Of a stretch of DNA of 17,370 bases, positions 10,406 through 16,294 are shown piece by piece. The stretch comes from a bacterium (GTDB lineage Bacteria; SZUA-182; DTGQ01; JAFGSM01): the NCBI GenBank assembly GCA_049472355.1, contig JBLIRP010000080.1, positions 1-17,370 on the forward strand. Direction: 5' to 3'. Numbering within the stretch: position 1 is the first letter of the stretch; the number at the start of each line of letters is the position of its first letter. The translations under genes were made by a program, and so were the position numbers. The notes beneath the pieces were generated by a model. That model was not told where the DNA came from and made no database searches. It saw only the letters and a list, made by a program, of their open reading frames with translations.

Positions 10406-11137
10406 TCAAAGGGTGATCATTTCGCAGATGTCATCCACGGGAATCGGCCGGGCGAGGATCAATCCCTCTCCGAACCGGCAATCGATCAGTGATCCGAAAT
10501 GCCGGGCCCGGGATTCCACATGAAAACCGAAGTCTCTGGAGAAAGTCGATGCGTGCGGGGCACCAGGCGGGGTGTCATGGAACAGGGATTTATAAATCCT
10601 TGCTGCTTCCATCTTCCCCTCAAACGAGGAGGTTATGTTGACGACGATCTGGGGGATGATCGGCCGGGCGGTCGGATAGTAGAGGATCCACGACGGCTTG
10701 TACGGTTTGGCCGAGGTCTCTTCATCGGTGAATCCGGCGATTTCAACCGCCTTGTGAATGATCTGAATGGTGAAGTGGTGGAGGGGTGTCCAATCCTCCC
10801 AATGGGGTGCCAGGATGATATCCGGGTTATAGAGGCGGAGGCAGTCCGCCAGAATCCGCGCGCACTCCCGATTCACGTGGAAAGGGAAATCGCCCAAATC
10901 GAGATTGGTGCGATCGGACACGTGCAGGATCGCCGACGCCTCCTTTATCTCTTTACCGGGCGCTTCGGGATTGCCTGGGATCTCCAAGCCTCCACCGGTG
11001 AGATCGCAAATGACCGTCGTATACCCCCGGAGTGCCATTTTCAGGAGAATGCCGCCGACCCCGATTTCGACATCACCCGGACGGGTCCCTATGGCGAGGA
11101 TGTCGACATGTTGACCCAATGGCAATTGAGCATTCAT
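10406..11137 (-). CDS. PIG-L/LmbE family deacetylase homologue (BshB1-like), catalytic motifs degenerate
   Basis: DILAIGTRPGDVEIGVGG, CDLTGG, APHWED, vNITssFEGKMEA and RARHFGSLI...GEG match the BshB1 layout. The canonical AHPDD and HPDH motifs read TRPGD and TPLH. Confidence 0.82.
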   Translation of the reverse strand: MNAQLPLGQHVDILAIGTRPGDVEIGVGGILLKMALRGYTTVICDLTGGGLEIPGNPEAPGKEIKEASAILHVSDRTNLDLGDFPFHVNRECARILADCLRLYNPDIILAPHWEDWTPLHHFTIQIIHKAVEIAGFTDEETSAKPYKPSWILYYPTARPIIPQIVVNITSSFEGKMEAARIYKSLFHDTPPGAPHASTFSRDFGFHVESRARHFGSLIDCRFGEGLILARPIPVDDICEMITL

Positions 11138-11258
11138 ATGGTAGCGAGCCCTTCCATCGTATCCCCCTATTCAATGGTGGCGTCATAAAACATGCCGGTG
11201 TGCGTGGAGATGAGGTTTTCCTGCATCACGTCGCTTCATGTATGACCAATGGTATCAA

Positions 11259-11288
11259 ATTATAAGTGGTTGCTCAATATTAAGGCAA
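11259..11288 (-). promoter_or_regulatory. Putative sigma70 promoter for the BshB1-like gene
   Basis: Minus strand reads TTGCCT-18 nt-TATAAT. Confidence 0.5.
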
Positions 11289-11337
11289 GGACAACTTGAT
11301 ATCCCCGCTTCTTTCCGCATGATAAGCCTGGTTTTGG

Positions 11338-11535
11338 GGCTCCGCTGCGCTGCGCCGGGCAAAGGTTGGTTGGAATCGGGGGCCTTTGGGTGAGCGGAAG
11401 AGGTTCATAGTGGCTCCGCTTCGCTGCGCCCTAACGAAGTTTGGTTAGTGGCTCCGCTTCGCTGCGCCCTGGCAAGCTTGGGTGCTCCGCCCTGGCAAGC
11501 TTGGTTGCTTCGCCCTGGCAAGCTTGGGTGCTGCG
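11338..11535 (-). repeat. Modular REP/BIME-like repeat cluster A (inverted copy of cluster B)
   Basis: Three copies of GGCTCCGCT(T/G)CGCTGCGCC plus three tandem 23-nt units CGCCCTGGCAAGCTTGG(G/T)TGCTN at 11465, 11488 and 11511. The reverse complement of 11399-11481 matches 15731-15813 at 78/83 nt. Confidence 0.92.
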
Positions 11536-11885
11536 TAACGGAAGGGATCTTTATTCGCCCAATATAAACGGTTACTATTACTACGGTAACTGCTGCATGG
11601 AAAGGTTGTATGGAAAAGGTGTGGTAATCGGCAAAAGCACGGACCCTTGCGCCATGAGCGATTTTTGTGCCTTACATCCACATTATGGTGCTCTCCCTAA
11701 CAATCAGGCGTAGCAGCCGGTCATTTTTTTGACTACTCGTGCAGAGGGCGCATAAGGGGTTCCGTTTCATACTACTGTTTCAGCACCATGACAAAGGAGG
11801 GGTTACACTATGGAGCCATAAGGGGGGAGTATGAGTTAGGAACCGACAACACCATGATCATGTTTTTACAAAGGAGGTTACTCGT

Positions 11886-12554
11886 ATGACTATCAGACGG
11901 AGTCTTATGATCGTTGCATTGGCAATTTTGGTTTCAGGACTATTGATCGTCAGTGCCCGCTTGCCCCTGGCACAAGCCCAGACGGCAACCCAGCCCACAT
12001 TGACCAGCCTTCCATTCTTTCCCATGATGGGCGGCATGATGGGCGGCATGATGGGGATGGGCGGTCTCAATCCCTGGCTTTATTCGAGCCTGAGCGGGCT
12101 GGACACCAGCAGCCTGGGCAGCTTTCCCTATTATGGTATGATGGGCGGCATGATGGGGATGGGTCGCTTCAATCCCTTGCTGTACTCGGGCCTGAGCGGG
12201 CTGGACACCAGCACTCTGGGCACCTCCTTCCCCTATTATGGTATGATGGGCGGCATGATGGGGATGGGTCGCTTTAATCCCTTGCTGTACTCGGGCCTGA
12301 GCGGCTTGGATACCAGCACTCTGGGCACCTCCTTCCCCTATTATGGTATGATGGGCGGTATGATGGGGATGGGTCGCTTCAATCCCTGGCTGTACTCGGG
12401 CCTGAGCGGCTTGGACACCAGCAGCCTGGGCACCTCCTTCCCCTATTATGGGATGATGGGCGGTATGATGGGGATGGGCGGCTTCGGGCATTTAAATCCG
12501 TTCTTGTTCAACAGCCTTTTTAATACAACAACAGCGACGACCCCGACCACATAA
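11886..12554 (+). CDS. Secreted low-complexity Met/Gly/Ser/Tyr-rich tandem-repeat protein, function unknown
   Basis: Strong SD AAAGGAGG 8 nt before the ATG, Sec-type signal peptide ending LAQA, repeats of GMMGGMMGMGRFNPLLYSGLSGLDTSTLGTSFPYY, Thr-rich C-terminus, downstream terminator. Confidence 0.88.
   Translation: MTIRRSLMIVALAILVSGLLIVSARLPLAQAQTATQPTLTSLPFFPMMGGMMGGMMGMGGLNPWLYSSLSGLDTSSLGSFPYYGMMGGMMGMGRFNPLLYSGLSGLDTSTLGTSFPYYGMMGGMMGMGRFNPLLYSGLSGLDTSTLGTSFPYYGMMGGMMGMGRFNPWLYSGLSGLDTSSLGTSFPYYGMMGGMMGMGGFGHLNPFLFNSLFNTTTATTPTT
12033..12482 (+). repeat. Intragenic tandem repeat, 105-bp (35-aa) unit, about 4.3 copies
   Basis: Unit starts at 12033, 12135, 12240, 12345 and 12450 (first unit 102 bp). 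Confidence 0.97.
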
Positions 12555-12635
12555 TGAGGGATTGTCGTTACGAAACGACGGGTGCATAGGCTGACCAGCC
12601 GGGCACCCTGCCGTAAATAGTTTTGTCCGATACGC

Positions 12636-12673
12636 AAGGGGCGGTCATCATGACGATGACCGCCCCTTTTTTT
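12636..12673 (+). terminator. Rho-independent terminator after the Met-rich protein gene
   Basis: Perfect 12-bp stem GGGGCGGTCATC / GATGACCGCCCC, 5-nt loop ATGAC, followed by T7. Confidence 0.92.
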
Positions 12674-12814
12674 CCTGTCCGTTTGCCCTGCCCTGAACAG
12701 TATGTTACCATTTCACCTGTGCCGGCCTGGTGCGAACGCTCACCTGCGTATCCGAATCCTTCCGTGCGCAGTCGCGCTATGGACGAGTTTCTTTGAGGAC
12801 CGGGGGAGTAACCG

Positions 12815-13459
12815 ATGCCGATAAAGGTGATCCTTTTTGACCTGGGCAATGTCATCGTTTTTGTCGACCACATGCATATCTGTGCGAAGATCGCCGCATG
12901 GGGCGGAAAACCGGCTGACATTTACCACTATATATTTGAAGAGAGGATCGAGGAGGCGCTTGACCGGGGTGAGATTACCCCTGTGCGTTTTTTTGACGCC
13001 ATCAAGGAGCGGTTCAATCTCCCTCTTGACTATGATGACTTTCTGAAGGTGTGGTCGAGCGGGTTCGTTCCCAACCGGGAAATCATTCCCTTGATCGAGG
13101 AATTGAAATCCCGGTACCGACTCTCGCTCCTCTCAAACACCAATCAGGCCCATTTTGAAGCTATTCGGAGGGACGTACCGATCCTTTCGACATTCGACAC
13201 CTTTTTCCTTTCATACGAGATGGGGCTGCGCAAGCCGGATCCTCGTATCTATGAGAGGGCTCTGGAGGCGTTGCACATCATGCCCGGGGAGTGCGTTTAC
13301 ATAGATGATAGTGAATCCTTCGTGCAAGCCGCCCGGGGCCTGGGTATCCGAGGGGTGATATTTTCCGGCGTACCGGATCTGAGAAGGGAACTAAAAAGAG
13401 AGCTGTCAACCTGCAGGACGGAGAGACGGAAATCCGCTCGTCATCCTGCAGGCGTATGA
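12815..13459 (+). CDS. HAD-superfamily phosphatase, subfamily IA (YihX-like)
   Basis: Motif I FDLGNVI, motif II LLSNT, motif III KPDPRIY, motif IV YIDD; SD GGGGAG. Confidence 0.93.
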   Translation: MPIKVILFDLGNVIVFVDHMHICAKIAAWGGKPADIYHYIFEERIEEALDRGEITPVRFFDAIKERFNLPLDYDDFLKVWSSGFVPNREIIPLIEELKSRYRLSLLSNTNQAHFEAIRRDVPILSTFDTFFLSYEMGLRKPDPRIYERALEALHIMPGECVYIDDSESFVQAARGLGIRGVIFSGVPDLRRELKRELSTCRTERRKSARHPAGV

Positions 13460-13506
13460 TCATCAGAGTACCAGGGGACCTGACCGGCCCCTCATCGTTT
13501 AGGGCC

Positions 13507-13701
13507 TCAGCCAAAGCCGAACCGCGGAAGACAACCGCCTTTGGATGATGATTTTTTTGTAAACGTCACAGTCCCTAATTGCCTGGTGACCTTTTTCGAT
13601 TTGCATTCAGGACAGCAGGGGATTTCCCGATCATCCATGGTATAAAAGTATTGTTCGAATGTGTGGCCGCAATCATTACAATGAAATGAGTACATTGGCA
13701 T
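13507..13701 (-). CDS. FmdB-family zinc-ribbon protein (possibly extended by Sec read-through to 13492)
   Basis: MPMYSFHCNDCGHTFE...CPECKS (CxxC..CxxC) with a Gly/Ser-rich tail. SD AGAGGAG abuts the 13710 ATG but lies 9 nt from the 13701 ATG, so 13701 is the preferred start. Confidence 0.88.
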   Translation of the reverse strand: MPMYSFHCNDCGHTFEQYFYTMDDREIPCCPECKSKKVTRQLGTVTFTKKSSSKGGCLPRFGFG

Positions 13702-13921
13702 CTGAATCATCTCCTCTATGTGTCCCTATGGTGTTTAATACAGGTGCTCTGAAATCCCTTTCTATATATATCGGCACAAAGTAACTTAATATTTAAATAT
13801 ATATTAATATGCTAATAAACAATTGTCAAATTAATCATCGATTGAATGCAGTCAGGACCTCACATCCCGCTGTGGCTCATGCAAGGAGGTCCATGTAATT
13901 ACTACCGGAGGTATTGGGCGC

Positions 13922-14230
13922 ATGAAAAAGAAGATAATGCATTACAAGGAACTCGAGGAGGCGAGGGTGCGACTGGGCCTCGACGAGCGTGCAACCATGC
14001 AGGAGATCAAGACCGCGTACCGGCGGATGGCCCGGATGTTTCATCCGGATGGAAAGAAGGATGCCGGGGGAGAGGGGGGGGATACCATGAAGGAGATCAA
14101 CGAGGCGTACGGTCTCATCATTGAATACTGCAAGGGGTATCGGTATTCCTTTTCACGGGAGGATTTCGAGCGCAATTACCCCGAGTTGAACTACCAGGAA
14201 CGCTTCAAGGATGACTGGTTAGGGTCCTGA
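13922..14230 (+). CDS. Small J-domain (DnaJ-like) protein
   Basis: LGL..AT..EIKTAYRRMARMFHPD...MKEINEAY: J-domain helices with HPD; SD GGAGG. Confidence 0.9.
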   Translation: MKKKIMHYKELEEARVRLGLDERATMQEIKTAYRRMARMFHPDGKKDAGGEGGDTMKEINEAYGLIIEYCKGYRYSFSREDFERNYPELNYQERFKDDWLGS

Positions 14231-14513
14231 AACCTTCCATGAGATTCATGCATACCCCCCTGGGGCCACAAACACATCCCGCTGAGGGAATGTCTCTCGA
14301 AGATCCCGCTGCCTCTTCCATGGGGATCGATCAAAACCGCCTATTATTCTTATAAGAGTCAACCCCACTTTACAAAGATGGATCATTGGTGTATACCTTT
14401 ATTCATATAATATTTGATCCTTGATAAAGAACTATAAACTTATTTTTTCCATTGATGAAAAATAAAATTTGACGATATAAAAAAAAGAAGATGAAATGCA
14501 TATAAAATATTAT

Positions 14514-14542
14514 TTGATTTCTAATAGGTCATATATTATAAT
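14514..14542 (+). promoter_or_regulatory. Putative sigma70 promoter for the AAA ATPase gene
   Basis: TTGATT-17 nt-TATAAT in an AT-rich tract; SD AGGAG at 14591-14595. Confidence 0.55.
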
Positions 14543-14601
14543 AGTGATATAAATTTCCGTAATGCCACAATCAACGAGTACCATTTGGATAGGAGAAGAA
14601 C

Positions 14602-15726
14602 ATGCACAGGGGAAAAAATCCTTTCCGTTTTGGTGAGGCGGTGACCGGAGAATACTTTGCAAATCGGAAGAAGGAGATCAATGACCTCATTGATTCCCTC
14701 AATCGTGGTGAGCATATCTTTGTTTATGCCCACCGGCGGTTGGGCAAAAGCTCACTGGTGACGAATGCCCTTTCCATCATGAATAACCAGAATGCGGTCA
14801 TTCCGATCTATGTGGATCTTCAGCGGGCGACCTCCTGCGCGCAGTTTCTCGAGGTCTATGCCATGGCCATCAGTGAGACCATGTTCGCATTAAAGGAACG
14901 GCTTGAAAAGATCGCCACCTTTTTCAAGCGCATTGTTCCGAGCTTTGAGATCGGGGGAGAAGGGCAGTGGAGGATCAGGTTTGATTTCTCGAAGACCTCC
15001 GAAAACATTCATAGTGCCCTTGAGGAGATCATTGATCTTCCCCAGGTGATGGCTGAGGAGTATAGCAAGAAGGTGGTGGTGGTGCTCGATGAATTTCAGG
15101 AGGTGGAAGGTTTGCACGGAGGGGGGTTTGAGGAGCTCCTGAAGCCGTTCATTGTAAAGCATTCCAGGGTGAACTACGTCTTTATCGCGAGCAAGATCCA
15201 CATCGCCACCAGGATGTTCACCGATTCCCGCCGCCCCTTTTACAAGATGGCAAGATTGTATCCGCTCCCTCCCATCGACCCCGAATCCATGGTGGAGTTC
15301 ATCCGTGAACGGTTCGAAACCACATCGAAAAGTATTCCTCGCCATATTGCCGAGCAGCTTGTCGCCGTGTCCCAGAATATCCCCTACCATATCCAGATGC
15401 TTGCATGTCATCTCTGGCAGATCGCCCACAAGGATATCACCGAACAGACATTGTTGTTTGCAATCGATCTTGTCATCTACCATCAGGGTGAGCTCTATTT
15501 CAGTTGGTATGACTCATCGAGCCACCATCAAAGGGCCGTGTTGCGTGCCCTGGCAAAGACAAAGGAGATGTTCTCACAGGATACGATCATAAAGTACAAT
15601 CTCGGTTCCGCATCCAGTGTGCAGGCCTCCTTAAAGGCATTGATCAGAAACGGGCTTGTCCAGAAGGACAAGGACGGGTACAGGATCAGCGATCCGTTCT
15701 TCGAGCGGTGGCTTCAGCGGACCTGA
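14602..15726 (+). CDS. Archaeal-type AAA+/STAND-like P-loop ATPase with C-terminal winged-helix region
   Basis: NPF.FG..V.GEYFANR..E N-terminus, P-loop AHRRLGKSS, Walker B VVLDEFQE, NIPY (GxP-like), C-terminal YRISDPFFERWL. Confidence 0.88.
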   Translation: MHRGKNPFRFGEAVTGEYFANRKKEINDLIDSLNRGEHIFVYAHRRLGKSSLVTNALSIMNNQNAVIPIYVDLQRATSCAQFLEVYAMAISETMFALKERLEKIATFFKRIVPSFEIGGEGQWRIRFDFSKTSENIHSALEEIIDLPQVMAEEYSKKVVVVLDEFQEVEGLHGGGFEELLKPFIVKHSRVNYVFIASKIHIATRMFTDSRRPFYKMARLYPLPPIDPESMVEFIRERFETTSKSIPRHIAEQLVAVSQNIPYHIQMLACHLWQIAHKDITEQTLLFAIDLVIYHQGELYFSWYDSSSHHQRAVLRALAKTKEMFSQDTIIKYNLGSASSVQASLKALIRNGLVQKDKDGYRISDPFFERWLQRT

Positions 15727-16044
15727 CCAACCAAGCTTGCCAGGGCGTAGCGCAGCGGAGCCACTAACCAAACTTTGTTAGGGCGGAGCGCAGCGGAGCC
15801 ACTATGAACCTCTCCCGGTTACCTCACAGGCCGAGACTTCACCACCCAAGCTTGCCAGGGCGTAGCGCAGCGGAGCCACTATGAACCCCCCCCGGCAACC
15901 CAAAGGGCCGCGACTTCACCAACCAACCTTGCGCAGCGCAGCGACCTTACCCACCCAAGCTTGCCAGGGCGCAGCGCAGCGGAGCCACTATGAACCCCCC
16001 CGGTTACCTCACAGGCCGCGACTTCACCCAACCAAACCCTGTCA
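15727..16044 (+). repeat. Modular REP/BIME-like repeat cluster B
   Basis: 36-nt module X CCAAGCTTGCCAGGGCGNAGCGCAGCGGAGCCACTA at 15731, 15846 and 15955, variants at 15768 and ~15923. These alternate with three ~41-nt module Y copies TGAACC..CCGG..ACC..GGCCG.GACTTCACC. Confidence 0.94.
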
Positions 16045-16294
16045 GACCAACCTATTAACTCACCCTCCAGCAAGACAGTGAGCAATTGCCCCTCTTCGGT
16101 CATTTTTTCTTTATTTTCCGATAATTAAATATGAAACATGCACGGGTATTTTGTCCGCACATCACACAAATCATCTTCCCTTCTTCCTTCCTGAATGGGT
16201 GGGGTGCAGGCCTGTTCAGGCCGACGGATTCATGGCGTCAACGGAGTCCCTTGGCAATGGAGAGAATGAGCAGCGGTGGAGGATGCCAGGGGCA

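Noticed and set aside
158..11265. Many overlapping alternative-frame and antisense ORFs within gatB, M23, pil and BshB1-like genes
   Set aside because: They fully overlap well-supported genes, as expected from GC-rich codon bias, and show no motifs.
11634..11651. Sigma54 promoter (AAGCACGGACCCTTGC)
   Set aside because: It lacks the invariant GG at -24, and the spacing to GC is off by one.
11441..11713. Short ORFs over the repeat clusters (also 11445-11681, 15879-16103, 15881-16081)
   Set aside because: They are translations of the non-coding repeat with no recognisable domain or convincing RBS.
11580..11730. c-di-GMP-I (GEMM) riboswitch upstream of the Met-rich gene
   Set aside because: GCAAAAGCACGGACC only loosely resembles the motif, and I could not build the GNRA-capped stem or closing helix. 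An Infernal search with RF01051 would settle it.
11940..12491. Antisense His-rich repeat ORF (183 aa)
   Set aside because: It is the shadow of ATG-rich codons (CAT = His). The + ORF has the SD, signal peptide and terminator.
11886..12554. Met-rich protein as a pilin or RiPP precursor
   Set aside because: It has no class III prepilin cleavage motif, and no modifying enzyme, dedicated peptidase or transporter is adjacent.
15727..16044. CRISPR array (36-nt repeats with ~40-nt intervening sequences)
   Set aside because: The intervening sequences are near copies of one another, the spacing is irregular (some modules are adjacent), and no cas genes are in the window.
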